A model generated the notes under the pieces. That model had not been told where the DNA came from. It searched no databases and saw nothing but the letters and a program-made list of their open reading frames with translations. A DNA stretch of 57,839 bases, the filler included, from Catajapyx aquilonaris (taxonomy: Eukaryota), in NCBI GenBank assembly GCA_000934665.2. It is 3 parts of 3 records of this genome, joined end to end, with 100 filler letters (N's around TTAATTAATTAA, not from the genome) between each part and the next. Parts side by side here need not be neighbours in the genome. Positions count along the whole stretch, not along the records: positions 19,333 to 38,525 come from JYFJ02006514.1; 2 more parts are not named here. One strand, 5' to 3'. Below, in pieces: positions 23,500 to 37,147 of this stretch. Numbering within the stretch: position 1 is the first letter of the stretch; the number at the start of each line of letters is the position of its first letter. Made by a program: the position numbers and the translations under genes.

Positions 23500-26400
23500 T
23501 CAGGTAGTGTCTTTGGAACCATAAATCTGCAGGATAAAAAAGTGCCGTTTCTTATCGCTTGGCATTTACTACCCGTCATATCGTAACTGACATTAATTCC
23601 CTGCGCCACACACACTTCCTTGGCAGAACGACCAATTTGTTCTAAATATATATCTGCAGCAACCAAAAAATACAATGTATCAATAACGCCAGTCCATTTA
23701 GATTGTTTTGTGCGTGTATCGGACTACTTCAAGTGCTTTCATGCCTATCGAATAAGCCGTAACTCAAATCTGCATTCCATAAAACTGCAATGCAGCAGCC
23801 GTCTTCCATTGAAAGGTATTCATCCAATCAGAATCTCAGAAGCGCGAATTGGCAATGTGGGAAATAAATTTCACTGGCTGACATTTGCCTCTTTGTTTCA
23901 TTACACCAATTAATTTAACAAGGAGAGAAATGTCCACGAATTTAAAAAAAACAACAACATTAATTTACATGCTACTACATTCGGTGCTATACTCACAGAC
24001 ATGTCGTACTCTGTGATGAAGGCAGGTATCTCGAGTTGATTCTTCTCCATCACGGAGTAAAGGTACTCCACGCCAGTCAAGTTGTGCACCTTCTTCTTTA
24101 TCTGAGGCGCCATGAACGTGGTGAACCACCAGACCATCACCTGCAACACACAAGTTAAGCCACGACGCATGAAAAAATTTATTATCCAGTCGCAGGAAGA
24201 GATCGAGGCTCAGCTCACCCTGGTCCAGAAGGTTGGATGGACTACGTAAAAGGCCTTCAGGTTCTTTTTGTACCTGCAAAGAGGCGAAGAAAAAAAAAGC
24301 TGCCGTCAACGATTCAAATAAAAAGTGAAACAAAAATATTAAGCGCTAATTAAACCCTGCATTAAACGACATGAGATCCAGCCTTAAATCAAATTCTCGC
24401 AATTCCTTCAACATGTTCCCTTCCCCACATCAACTTCAATCCAATTAAAAGTTTCATCCAGTTCACGCAGAACTTAATTGTTGGAAGAACTGCAAGGTTA
24501 TTTCATTTTTTTGTTTCTTTTTCGCTTTTCAGAAAACTCGTTATAAAATCCATCTAGTGGATGTTGAAACGCAGCCACACACTCAAAAGCCGTAGGAATG
24601 CAAAGTTATGCACTATGCAATGCTGCTTGATGTGATATCAGCATATAAAAAAGCGATTCACACACACATATAAACGTAATGTCAGCATTTGTGTATGAAC
24701 TGATTTCCATTGTTCCGTGCATAATTTCATAGCGCCAATGACTGGGACGCACACGGACAGGTGCAAGGATCAAGTGCCCTTCGCCGCAATGAGATGCAGT
24801 TGCACAATTCGTGCCATACGACAGCTGGCAAATTCCCTGTAGGATTACTTAAAACATAAATCCATTGGAATGGTACTGAAATGGAACTTTGCCTGACACC
24901 AAGGAATCATGCATAAATTCAGCCGCAGCATAATCCAAAACTTAATTTCTTCCAGTCTTGTTACAGGGTTAACATGACCTATGACATGATATGAAAAGGA
25001 ATCTGGCGCATGAAAATGCAATGCCATTCCTCATTATGCGTTGAGGTCGCAACTTTTCACACCTGAATCTAACCATATTGTTGACGCCAAAATAGGAGGC
25101 ACAGATAAGTGTCAGCTTGAAATTATATGAGCGGAAGTAGTCGCTTCAGACGTGAAGCTGCATAAACATGACCTACCCCACCATTCCCTGAGGCATCATT
25201 GAGATACATGCATCAACATGCCGAGCAGCTCCTACTTGACATAAACTGCGCCTCAATTGTCAATACCCTCCGACGATTGGTGCACGCTCATTTTTAAAGA
25301 ACGTAATTAACTAATAAAATCGGGTACGCCCCCTGAATTATTGGTGAACACGCCTAGCAATACTCACTTGTAGTCAAGCACATTGTAGACGTCCCTGAGC
25401 CAGGCAAGCGGAGGGTGGTTGTCCCCTTGCGTGAGGGTGTGGAAGTAGACAATGACGTAGTCGCCCCTCACAATCGGTTCCAGGAGGTAAATGAGGTAGA
25501 GTAAGGCCTTCCCTAGGTCCACCTCCTTCCATCGGAAGAACCTCCCGACCAGCACGATGACTGGACGGCCCAGGCGGTCCACCCCGCTGCGATACAGGCA
25601 CCCAATTCCACTGATCTCACTCAGGTCTTCTGATCTCGCTTTCCTCAACAGCCGCTCGTAACGTTCCTTGGCCTGGGCCTCTTGGCGCATAATGTCAGTC
25701 ACAGGGTCGCCGATCCGACGCTCTCCTAGCAAACGCTGCCGATCGACGTCATCCTCCATGCGGGAAAATGCATGGGAGCCAACCTCACCATCCTCAGGTG
25801 TCTCGATCTCGATGGCGTCTTGCCCTTCCTCGCACATTTCTCGAACACGACCAAGCACAAGCTCCCCGTTCCTTTGGTGAGGATTGTCGGTGATGCGTAT
25901 TTGGCGTTCTGGTACAACTGGCTGCCCCGAGGAATCTCCCACGTCAGTCGGGAGGTGGCAGCAGGCGTACTCCTCCTCCTCCACGCTCCGTGGGAAGTAC
26001 AGGGGCATCAACAGCTCGTAAATGCCTACGTCAACACTCTCAACAGCAAACACAACAGTGTTGACGCCTTCAGAACTATGGTGCTCCAGGAAGCGACGGA
26101 CTGTCCCTGATGGGAAAAGAAAGAGCCAAAGTCAATGCCAATCTCAAAAGAGTAACGCTTTGACATCTTACGTAGGGCAATGTGGGCTCCTTCATCTGGT
26201 GGGTAGCCGCGGCGGACGGAATTAATAACACATATGGCAACAGAGCTCAGCTGCTGCTCGCACACCAGTTGCAAAACCCTCCTGCGGAAAGGGGAAAAGA
26301 AGCCATGAATTCCGTCCACTCCCAGCCCTACAAGTTTGCGCCAAAGCATGTACACCACACGTTATACAAACGTAGCATAACGCCAAAGCACACAGAATCA

Positions 26401-27491
26401 CATTTTTCTTCCTACCATGTAATTGCACTAAATATTTCAATTGTACGTCTAGTCTACGTCATCTATTATTATCTAACAAAATACGGCAGCACGTGACAAA
26501 CATGTCAAGCCGCTTGCGAATAATGTCATACAATGCAAGACGTTTGCTAAAAAAAACAAAACGAGGTACTTTTCAATTCAATCGGCAAGCGTAGCCAAAT
26601 GGCTCCCTTGAGAACGTTATAAACCACGGCACATTAAGTTGAATGCCAATGGTCGGGAAATTAATGACCCATCTAATTGGTGCTGTAACGACCGGCATGC
26701 AAAACTGGGAGACAAAGTACGCTTGCTATGTGCGGGAAAATAATGCGGGTTTGATTTTTAAAAAACGTACACGGGAGACACAGAACAAATAGAGAGAGTA
26801 AAACAAATTAGAAGTAATTCCATGCAAACCTATAGCAGCTGAAGAGTGCAGTTTGGGCAGCCGTCTGGTACTTGAGGTTATACTTTGGCCCCACCGTGTG
26901 GATCACAAAACGGGCTGCCAGGTTGTAACCTTTGCTCAGTTTCGCCTCACCCGTGCGGCAAACTGAAAGTTTTTCGCACCGTTTGTTTCTCGGCCATCAA
27001 AAACGTAAACAAACGCACAGGGCGTCCCACTCTCCGCCAACAATGCCGCTCCACAATTGAAATTAACGGGCGATTGGTGGCAGCTGGTGAGACAGCCTGT
27101 GGGCGTTAACCGGCTGCGAGCGTACCTTTGATTGCATCGACAATCTCCTCCCTGAGCGCAGGCCCTGCCCTTGCGAATATCCTGTCGCTGACGGGCGACC
27201 GCTCGCTCATGGACTCGTTTGTGGAGTTGACAACCGCCTGGGCGTTCAGCATGGAAATGTCTCCGACCCTGCGAACATAACGGTTGGTCAGGCTCCTCTC
27301 GTAATGCATACACCAGGCGGCACGTACCACAGCGCCACTTTTGCGTTAATATCCGGCCTGTACGGGAACGGGCAGTCCTGGTGCACCTTTGTGCCAAGCT
27401 GCACGTGGCCCAACTCCGCCGGCTCAATCTCGCTCCACCTCTTGAGGGAGCTCACGTCCACAATCTCAGGCAGCATCCCTAGGGGGTCCAT
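23500..27491 (-). CDS. GDAP2: GDAP2 homolog (macro domain + CRAL-TRIO/SEC14), ~504 aa; exons 27491-27328, 27268-27126, 26962-26830, 26281-26172, 26106-25368, 24273-24219, 24140-23997, 23526-23500
   Basis: Macro motifs GDISMLNAQAVVN, CRTGEAKLSKGYNLAARFVIHTVGPKY and RRGYPPDEGAHIALRTVRRFLE. CRAL-TRIO motifs SGVDRLGRPVIV and YKKNLKAFYVVHPTFW. All introns are GT-AG and in frame. The last exon (IYGSKDTT*) is the least certain. Confidence 0.93.
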
Positions 27492-28004
27492 CTGCATTCG
27501 AAAGACAAATTGTCAATTACAATGTCACCAATAGGTGCAGCACAAGTGGACCAGGTCCGGAACCGGTCCAGTTTTGATGTGTTCTAATAGAATGTGCAGA
27601 ATAGAACGTTACCTAACCAGTAAATAATGAGACGCGCACCTTGTTGGGGAGTCCTGCTGTCCTGCTGCGGGGGAGAGTGTCACGAGACCCGAGGTGGTGG
27701 TGACAGCCGGATCTTGGTGGGGGGGAGGGTCACAGATGCTTTTGTGTTAATGATTCCAAATGATGATGATGATGATGATGATGATGCGACGGTGTCACTT
27801 TTTTCGGGGGCGGAGTAGTTGGCGGCCCCACCGCTCGACTGTCACTGGCGCTGAGATCGCATAAGGAGCTCGGATGAAGGCCGGGAGATGGCGCGGGGGT
27901 CGCTAGTTTGCGGGGGGAAAAAAGCCCGCATGTTTCAAAAAAGTTGGAATGAGCGTAATTGGGGTGTAATTAATGCTAATTATCAAGCCGTGTCCGATAA
28001 GACG

Positions 28005-28018
28005 GTTGTTGTAGCAAC
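28005..28018 (+). promoter_or_regulatory. RFX X-box-like motif GTTGTTGTAGCAAC in the GDAP2/androglobin divergent promoter
   Basis: 14 bp imperfect palindrome matching the X-box consensus, 82 bp upstream of the androglobin ATG. Confidence 0.6.
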
Positions 28019-28099
28019 CCCCCGACATGTTGATGTTCTGACTGCACGTTCTTGAACACAGTGCCAAGAGAATATTATTTTTGTGATTAGTTGGGGGCG

Positions 28100-31000
28100 A
28101 TGGCGGGTCGAGGCGGGGCGATTGGTGCGCCGTCGGTGACTGCCACGATGACGGGGTCCACCGGTGCGGGGTTCCAGGTGAGCCTGTCCGGCCTGGTTCC
28201 TCCGTGGCCGGAATGGAGCGATGTGGAGCTGTCCATGGAGAAGTGGGACGTATCGATGCCTGCGGGAAAGACGACCGGAGCACCTGCAAAAGACAAGGCG
28301 CCGGTCAAGGGAGGTACGACAACGGGTGGGACAGCAGGAGGGATGACGCCGCTCTCTGCAGTATCGGTACGTGTACATGCGTGGCCCGAAACGACCAAAA
28401 GTGTGTGAACCCACATGGTGTTATTGCAGCTGTTCGAGGACCCAGTAGGGGTTAAGCTTCCGGCGTCTCTGATGGGCGATGGGGAAGTGACGTGGAAGCG
28501 TCCGAGCGAGTTCTTCCAGGATGACACGTCCCCTCTGTGCGTAGTGGACGAGTCAGCCTCGGACAACCCGGTGGACCTGTACTCCACCAACATGCACCTG
28601 CTCAAGAGCGAGATCATGCGGAACATCCTCTCAGACCTGATGGTTCTGTCCAACCTGATGGCTCAAGCCGGACGGCTGCTGGCATCCCCTGGGAATGGGT
28701 CCAGACGACCTTCCTTGGACTCATCCTTACAATCGCAGCAGCAACAGCAGGACGCGCCTCCGGACGCATCGCTGGTCTACCCTGAAGACCCATGGCGTCC
28801 ATGGCACCACGTCTATTCGATGTGCAGGTCAGGAAAAGGAATCGAGCACAAGCCACTCTACAACGCTGCAGGAAAGTACATCATCAGAATCTTCTTCATG
28901 GTATATGACTACAGGGTGTCCCAAAATGCATGAATTCATCAAAAAAAATGTGTGTATGTATAGGGTTGCTGGCGACGGGTGATTGTGGACGACCTGATGC
29001 CGTACGACCAGGACGACCAGATCCTGCTGCCCTGGACGGGCAAGAAGCACGAGCTGTGGTGTCCACTGCTGGTTAAAGGCTTGCTGAAGGTGGCCGAACT
29101 GTCCTGGGATGATGTCAGGGAAGTCGTGCACTTCAGCGCCACAGCATGTCTCACTGGAGGAATCGTCCAGCCGGTGCATTTCCCGAAGGACATGACCAAG
29201 AAGGAGGACCAGCTGTGGGACGTGAGCAAAAGAGTGGCGGTCAAGTACGAGTGGCCACCTGCCCCGTGCACGGAGGATGACGAATGGGCAGACGGGGACG
29301 GGAATAAGAGACCGAGCGGCCTCCCTGGGTTGACCCAGTCCGCTATGGTGGCCAAGGGAGGTGGTGGAAAGAAGCCGTCTCTGCCCGGGAGCAAAGTGGT
29401 GGACAATCAGTCGCTCATGTCCAAGAACAAGGGGGACAAAGGGAGCACAGCCAAGAAGTCCACGCTGCCACCCACGGGCGGCAAGGACAAAGGAGGGCCT
29501 GGGACGTTCGGGGCAACAGGGATGCCGTCATTCCCTCTGTCCAAGTACCAGGACAACGAGCCGGACATGGCCAAGCTGATGTGTCTACCAGGGGCCGTCC
29601 TGCTCCTTGGCCTCTCGCAGAAGGAGGAGACCGAAGAGGACGCGCTGAAGATAGCCAACCTCCAGTTCCTCAATGGTGAGACGCAGGTGATTGTGTCGCA
29701 GTACAGGGACATCACTCTGGCCAGACCCGCTCCAAAGCCCAGGACCCCTCTCTGGAAGACATTCCGGTGGACATCCTGGGCACAGAGGCAGGGGATCATT
29801 CCAGGTATATAGGCACACAGCATGCTGTCACCATCAACAACTTTAAACGCCCATCATTGTTGTTTCACAGTTCCGGAGAAGGAGCCGATTCGGACCCTGA
29901 AGGTGCACATTCCGGTGGTGGAGAGGGTCATCAACCCTCCTCCTGACCAGCCGCCTGAACCTCCGGCGCCGCCTGAACTCCTAACCGATGTGTCGCCACC
30001 ACCAGAGCCTGAAGGCCTCCCAACTGTCCCTTCCACCGCAAAGGTCGGCTCACTTTTCGACCCTTTCGACCCTATAAGTTCTACTATATTGGAGTAATGC
30101 TTTTGGTTTGTTTTGGCATCGCAGGGGAAGAAGCAGTCGACCCGAGGGGCTACCCGTGCGCCTTCGTCGCTGGGTGCGGGCCGAGGGGGGAAAGGTGGAG
30201 GGGCCAGCATCAGCGCTGGAGCCCGGAAGAAGAGCGGGGGTCCTCGGAAGATGTCCGGGACCACAGCTGGATCTGGCTCCGGAGGGTCGGTGGAGGAGGA
30301 GCCAGCGATGCACCCTTTCTTCGGGATGGCCGAACCCGTGTGGGTGACCGTGGAGGAGCTGGCCCCCAGGGTCAAATGGGCCCATGTGCTCCGTCACCCT
30401 CAGCCGCTCTCCTACAACTGCTGGCTGAGCAACTGCTTCAGCTCTGGTTCCAGCCCCGCTGGAGGGAAGGGTGCCAAGGAGAAGGAGCTCCCGCCCTGGG
30501 TCAGCAGGTGCCCTCCGGTCAGGAGGTCGCCAGGGACGGACTCTGGCTACTACCTGTTCGTGGACAGCCTGCTGGAGAAGGAAGTGACCGCGCAGATTAC
30601 CTCCCTGGGGCCGTGGGTCACTCCGACGCACCCGCCTCCCGACATGGAGGACGACCCAGAGATGATCACCATGACATCCACCGCCCACATCATGATGGAG
30701 CCCTTCCAGTGGGACAGGTACCACCAGTACCACGAGCCAATCGCCTGCGTCAGGACGAAGGCCACCAGGGCTGCCACCATCTTCCTACCTCCAGGGTAAG
30801 AAATAAGGATCCATCCTCAATATTATTCAGATGAGCCGCGCTTCAGCATCTTTCCATGACAGACGGCAGGTGTTCCGGATATGGATCAAGTCGCCGGGGA
30901 TGTTCACGGTGCTTCTGACGTCCCTGGCGCCGATCCGGGTGGTTACAAAGGACGTCCTGTGGGACCTGATGGCCATTCCTTCCAGTCTCCTGTTGGCAGC

Positions 31001-34000
31001 CGCCGACGAGCTCTCTCTGACCATACGGAAGATGATGACCTCCGTCGGAACGCCGGACAAGTACAACCACTACAGGAGTCACCTCAGAAAGGTCCTCTGC
31101 ATCACCTGTCCAGCCACGGACAAGAACCAGGGTCTCAAGGAGAAGATGCAGAAGGTCTGCTGTGTACATGCCACTTTTGCCATCTCGCACGACCAGCCAA
31201 TATTTTTTTTTGTCTGGTCGTGCGACCGAGGCTCAATTCGTGAGGGTCTCACATTTCTTATTGACTCGCAGCATCTGGAGAACATGTTTCTGGAGGTGTT
31301 AAAGTCCATCCCGAAGTTCAAGACCTCCCCCGACACCGTATTCGCTCTGCGGATCCTCTTCTGCAACCACCAGATGGGATCAGGGATGAAGTGGATCCTG
31401 CAGGTGCTGGATGACGGGAAAGATAAGAAGGAAAAGAAGGGCAAGGCTGCCCCGGGGTCGTCCCCTCAGGCCCCGGAGAAGGAAGGCAAGCAGAAGAAGG
31501 GCGCGGAGTCCACGGTCAACACCAGGAAGTCCAGTCACATCGGAGGGTCCAGCACCAGTCCGGGGCAGAGGGCATCAGTCGAGCATCTCCCAACAGTGTC
31601 CCCCAAGGCGTTCATGTACGTGGGTTCACACCTTGTTGCTGCTGTCGTCGTCGTGTGAACCACGTTCCATTTTTTGCAGGCTGAACAACGTGGATCCCGA
31701 GAAGGCCCACAAGGCAGCCTGTCGGTTGCAGTCCCTGGCTTTGCGAGTCATTGCAGGAAACCTCCTTGCAGGGCATCGCGTAAGTATATATACCGCCGGT
31801 ACTGGACACACGCTTATATAGTCGCAATTCCTCTTTGCAGATGGGAAGCAGAGGCCACGAGCGCGCCTCTGTGGAGCTGGCCCGAATTGCGAACGCCCTG
31901 GAGGAATGGGAGGCTGGAGAGTCGTCGGCTGATCCTTCCGGGAGGTGGTCTGTCCGCATCATGAGGAGCTACATGCAGGAGTTCCCGAACGTGGTGGAGC
32001 ACTACCCGTTCTTCCAAGACATGCCCAAAATGGTCCTGATACAGCAGACGTCCGCGAAGGTGCCGTCGGCCATCCCCGGAAGCTGGACGCCCTTCACACG
32101 CCTCAGCTTCTTCGTCAGCAAAGCACCGGCAAGTATACACATCCTCCTCTCCCGTAGTATATCACCTAGTTTCCTTATTATTTGTTGTTCCAGTGCGGTT
32201 TGTACGCGATAGAGGTGAGCTGCAGCCAGCCGACGTGCGTGATCCGGGTGCTGGACAACGACGACAACGGGGCCACGGAGGCCACCCGTTTCCAGGGGAC
32301 GGTCACCCCGTGCGTGTACAAGCAGAACAGGACTGGACACTCCATACTGTGCTACAGGTGGGACTCTCCTCAGGTCCCTTCGGCGCCCGCCACAGGGCCA
32401 GACGCCAACTGGGTGCTGAGGATCCTCAGAGGGGCCACCACCAAGGAGGTCACCTGGGGAGACAACAAGATTCCCATGGCCGGAGGGTAACGATGCTGCA
32501 GCAACAACCACAGCGGATGGTCCATCATACTGATTAGACTTGTGTTGCAGGGTGGCCAGCAGTCACCTTTCTCTCCGGGAGGTGGTGACGCCTTATCTTG
32601 GAGTAGGGGAAGCGGGAAACAATCTGCTGGGAGGCTGCATCCTGACCGCGACCTCCTCCAAGGACGTCCTGGCCACCATCCACTTGAGGGCGTCGTACCC
32701 GATGGCCAAGCTGAGGCTGGAGGTGGTCCGGGTGACGGTGGTGGAGGACGGGGGGGAACTGCCCAAGATAGAGTCGCAGACCATCATGGAGGAGTACGAC
32801 GACTTCGACGTCGACGAGGGAGACGACGACGGAGGCGGGAAAGGACCGGGCGGAAAGGGCAAGAAGAAGGGAAATAAGCCTCCGACAGGCGGCGGCGGGG
32901 GCAATAAAGGCATCAAGGGCAGCGGCAACACTACGCCACAGCAGCAGTCGCAAGTCAAGGTCGAAGATCAGGAGTCGATGGTGTCGGCGGCGACGGCAGG
33001 GTCTACCTCATCGGAGGTTGGGGAGCTGCTGTTTACCACCACTGGCACCGGAGGGATCTTCATTCCGATCATGATCCTGTCGCCGGTGCAGCACGGGTAC
33101 TACCTGCTGCAGGTGCTTCTGTCCAAGGACAGCTGGCCTCTGACCCCGATCGAGTGGCAGTGCGTCACCCAGCAGCAGGAGAAGATCAAGCAGGAGCTAT
33201 TGGGTAAGCTTTTTTTTTTTTAAAAAAAAAAAAAAAGCAATATCTCCGGGGGGGTTAAGCCACTCCCTTTTTCTAGGCCTGCGGTGGTGGAAGCCGCATA
33301 TTGTTTAATCGCTTTGGAATTAGCCAGTGATGTAACCAGCATCTCTTTTCCCCTATACCTTGCCATTCAGCGTCGTGGACGTCGTTCTCGTCGACGTCAT
33401 CCAAGAAGCTCCGTAAGTCGCAGCAGATGACGTCGAAGGAGTCCAAGAACGTGAAGGTGACTGTGGCGCAGCAGGCGACCAAGACCCGGAAGGGAGACAA
33501 GGTCTCATCGGACGACATGATCGACCATGCCAGGGAGGAGAACACCCTCCCAGACGAGGCTCCCAACTGGATCCTACAGGTCCTCGCAGACGCAGAGTCG
33601 GTCAGTATATCAAATGAGGAGGTGTGAGTGTCCTGCTGACCTGTGCCGTATTATATTTTTAGGGAATCGAACTGACCAAGGACACCCGTCGAGCCGACGC
33701 GATCCGGACGGAGAAGAGAGGTTGGTTCCAGCCAAGCGCCAGGAGATCCGCGTCCTCCGCAGCTTCAGCGGAAGGAGAGCCCAACGTGAACAGGTACCAG
33801 GAGGCCCAGGAGATGAGGAGCGCCTTCCTGAGCGAGTTCATGGAGCAGCCGGTGGAAAGAACCGACTCGGACATCTCCATCGCAGAGTCCACCATCTCCA
33901 GCGCCTCCACCAGGGCATCCTCCAGGAGGAAGTCCAGCGGCAGCAACGCCGGATCCATATCACCGGTATGTGCTGGCTACAATGTCGGTGGTGTGTTCCT

Positions 34001-34766
34001 CAGCAGCACTGCTTGTGTCGTTTCAGTCGCAAGGGTCGGCCGGAAAGACCAGCAAGTCGTCTCGCACGACAACGACGTCGCAACCGTCGCCGTCGTCGCA
34101 ACCGTCGCAACCGTCGTCGTCGCAGCAGCGGGTCCGCACCTTGAGCACCGTGTCCATAGATGCATCTCAGATGCCGGCGGTGCGGACGTGCGTGAACCCT
34201 TTCTCCAAGGCCAAGAACATCCCGCTGAAGGACGAGGGCATGTACGCGCACCAGCTGGCCGCCCCGGGGCAGCAGCCGGCCCAGAAAGCCCTCAATTTGC
34301 CCGTCACTAGGTCGCCGACTGAGCAGCCATCGGAGTCATCAGAGGACTCGGAGGAGATCCAGCCGCCAGTGTCGGCAGCGAGTCTGGCCGCAAAGGAACT
34401 GCACGACGAGAGGCTGCAGAGAGGAGCCTTGTTCACGCTCAGGTCCAGGAGACTGGCTGCTGTCATGGCCCACGAACAGGTCAGAACTCTTTCTATATAG
34501 TGATGCATCATGGATGGTTCCATCAATGATGGTGTGACTTATTCCAGGCGATGCGAAACGCGGCTAGGCAGGAGTACCGCGAATCCTTGAACAATTACCT
34601 GGAGATGAAGAGGCAGGCGAAGGAGGACGAGGAGAGGAAGATGAAGGCGGAGGCCATCGCCAGGGAGAACTCGCTCAAGGAGAAGAAGAAGAAGGAGAAC
34701 GAGGAGGAGGACGAGGAGGAGCAGGAGAATAAGGCTCCCGTCGGAGGAAAGAAGAAGAAGAAGTGA
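28100..34766 (+). CDS. ADGB: Androglobin (calpain-like, permuted globin with IQ, coiled-coil C-terminus), ~1865 aa; exons 28100-28366, 28430-28900, 28964-29804, 29871-30043, 30125-30795, 30863-31154, 31272-31615, 31680-31779, 31841-32128, 32194-32486, 32551-33203, 33371-33600, 33663-33965, 34027-34479, 34548-34766
   Basis: Family motifs WPEWSD..SMEKWD, LFEDP..KLP..WKRP, WRPWHHVYS, PLYNAAGKYIIRIFFMGCWRRVIVDD, ELWCPLLVKGLLKVA, HYPFFQD and KDTRRADAIR. The exon sum is 5598 nt and stays in frame. AATAAA at 34818-34823. Confidence 0.88.
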
Positions 34767-35103
34767 TTCACGTTCCGGGTTGATGATGGAAATAATAATA
34801 TGGTTGTGGCAATGCCAAATAAAACGTGTTGTGTTGAGTGCAGTCAAGTAACTGGTTCACGTGTCGTCACAGATTGGCACAATGTCCGGTCTATCTGGTG
34901 ATTGCAGATATGGCCGTGGGTATAGGAGGGAGATAAAGTCCTTTTGGGGGGCGCCGATGAAAGAAAAGGCATTTAAAAACACTTGAGACAATCTGTGAGG
35001 TGTCGATATGTGGCGTTTTAATCTGGACGGATATGAGAGGTTGCAGCAGTGATTGGAATCAGCAGGGACACGGTCCATAGGGAGTGAGGTCAGGTTATTA
35101 TTG

Positions 35104-37147
35104 ATGGAAGCGATGGTACTTGAGGGCGCGATGAATATCAGGAGGCGGTCATTGGTGGTCAGCCATCCGGAGCAGCAGTTGCAACAGACGGAGGGGGACA
35201 AGCATCAGGTCGGAGGTGCTGTCCATCATCATCAGCACAGCAGCATCGAGATGGAAAAGAGCGGACTGGAAGCCGTCGAGAAGAAGGGCCGCATGGCTCT
35301 ACTCCGATCGGGTCAGTCTTATATGTGTCATGTCCAACAGGTATTCAGTGACACAATAATTGCACTCGTCTATTAAATAACTGAATAATTTAACATGTGT
35401 CATATATATAGGTCCTCCTGCTCGGTACGTGCTGGGTCTGATGGGCTTCTTGGCCTGCACGTACAACTTCCTCCTCCGAGTGAACATGAACATCACCATA
35501 GTTGCGATGGTCAACCACACGGCGGTGAACGTGGAGTACCCTTCCTCTGAGGGTCCATCGGCCGACGAGTGCGCGTTGGGCAACTCATCTTCGTCCCATG
35601 CTTTGCCTGAGAATGAGAAGGGCACGCTGGTGTGGTCACCGGACATGCAAGGGATGGTGCTGTCCTCCTTCTTCTGGGGTTACGTGCTGACCCCTCTGTT
35701 GGGGGGCAGGCTGGCAGAGACGATCGGGCCTAAGAATCTCCTGGGGTGGGCCATCCTTGGCACCGGGGCCTTGTCCCTGGTGGTGCCAGTGGCGGCCAAC
35801 TTCCATCCAATGGCCGTCATCGCCATCCGGGTCTGCATGGGTCTTCTGGAAGGGGTCGCCTTCCCATGCACCCACGCACTTCTGTCCAGGTGGATACCGG
35901 TCAGGGAGAGAGGACGAATGACCGCATTCGTCTATGCAGGTCAGTTTGTTGAAATAATGTTTCGGACTGTGCTGGACTAACAACGTGACGTGTATAGGGT
36001 GCCAGGTCGGTACCATCGTGTCCCTGTTCACCTCTGGTGTGATGGCGGACGCGTGGGGATGGGAGATTGTGTTTTACGTCCAGGGAGCCAGCACCGCCAT
36101 CTGGGCAGCAGCCTGGTGGCTACTGGTCTTCGACTCTCCGGAACAGCATCCGAGACTGGAGGAGGAAGAGAGGGCCATGCTGCAGAGGGAGGTTGGAGGG
36201 CGGCCCCGGGGCGAGGGCCACTCCGCCCCTCCTCTTCCATGGCGACGTGTCCTCAAGAGCTCAGCCTTCTGGGCATTGCTGGTCGCAGACGTCGGGAACT
36301 CCTGGGGATTCTTCATGCTCCTCTCTGAGCTGCCTAGCTACCTCAACACCGTCCTGCACCGGAATCTTCAGCAGGTATAAACACCGTGTGTCTCAAAAGT
36401 TGGGTAAACTATATAACGCAGTGTGCTTGGTCCGCAGAACGCGCTGCAGTCTGCTCTTCCCTATCTGATGATGTGGCCATCCAGCATCTTGTCCGGAGCA
36501 TTGTCGGACCTGGCCCTGAGACGAGGGTTTGACCTCACCTTGGTCAGGAAGGTGGGCACCGCAGTAGGTCAGTATGAATGAGAGCAACCCACCAGTCCGC
36601 GCAAATTGCCAAGGCTCTGGAACGACAACGTTGTTGTCGGAACGCGGTTGCGCTCTTGCAACAATGATGTCTTTTCATTTCAGCTCATTTGGGCCCGGCT
36701 GTGTGCCTTGTTGGAGTGAGCCTCGCTGGTTGCTGGCAGGAAGGTGCCCTGGCCCTGCTGACCATCGCGGTGACCCTCCAGGGTGCCATGTACTCCGGGT
36801 ACATGAGCGGCCACATGGACATGGCCCCTGACTTCGCCGCGACCCTCCTGGGACTGACCAACACTGCGGCGTCGGTTGCGGCACTCTTGGCACCTCTGGT
36901 GGTACCTGCCATCGTTGGCGACGGGTACTCCATGTCCAAGTGGAACATTGTCTTCTACATATCCTCCGGGATTTACGTGGTGGAGTTCACCATTTACGCC
37001 ATTTGGGGGTCCAGTCGCAGGCAGCCCTGGGCGCCTCAAGACGACGACGACGACGACCAAGCGGCGGTGGACACCAGCGACGAAAAGTTCCGCAGCGAAA
37101 AGGAGCCGGTACCGTCCATTTCGGCGTCGGTCAATCCGTCCAGTTGA
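35104..37147 (+). CDS. SLC17/sialin-like MFS anion transporter; exons 35104-35311, 35412-35939, 35998-36374, 36438-36567, 36684-37147
   Basis: Motifs LRVNMNITIVAMVN, QGMVLSSFFWGYVLT, LLSRWIPVRER, DSPEQHPR, ELPSYL, SALPYL and HMDMAPDFAATLLGLTN. In-frame GT-AG introns. Start codon uncertain. Confidence 0.9.
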
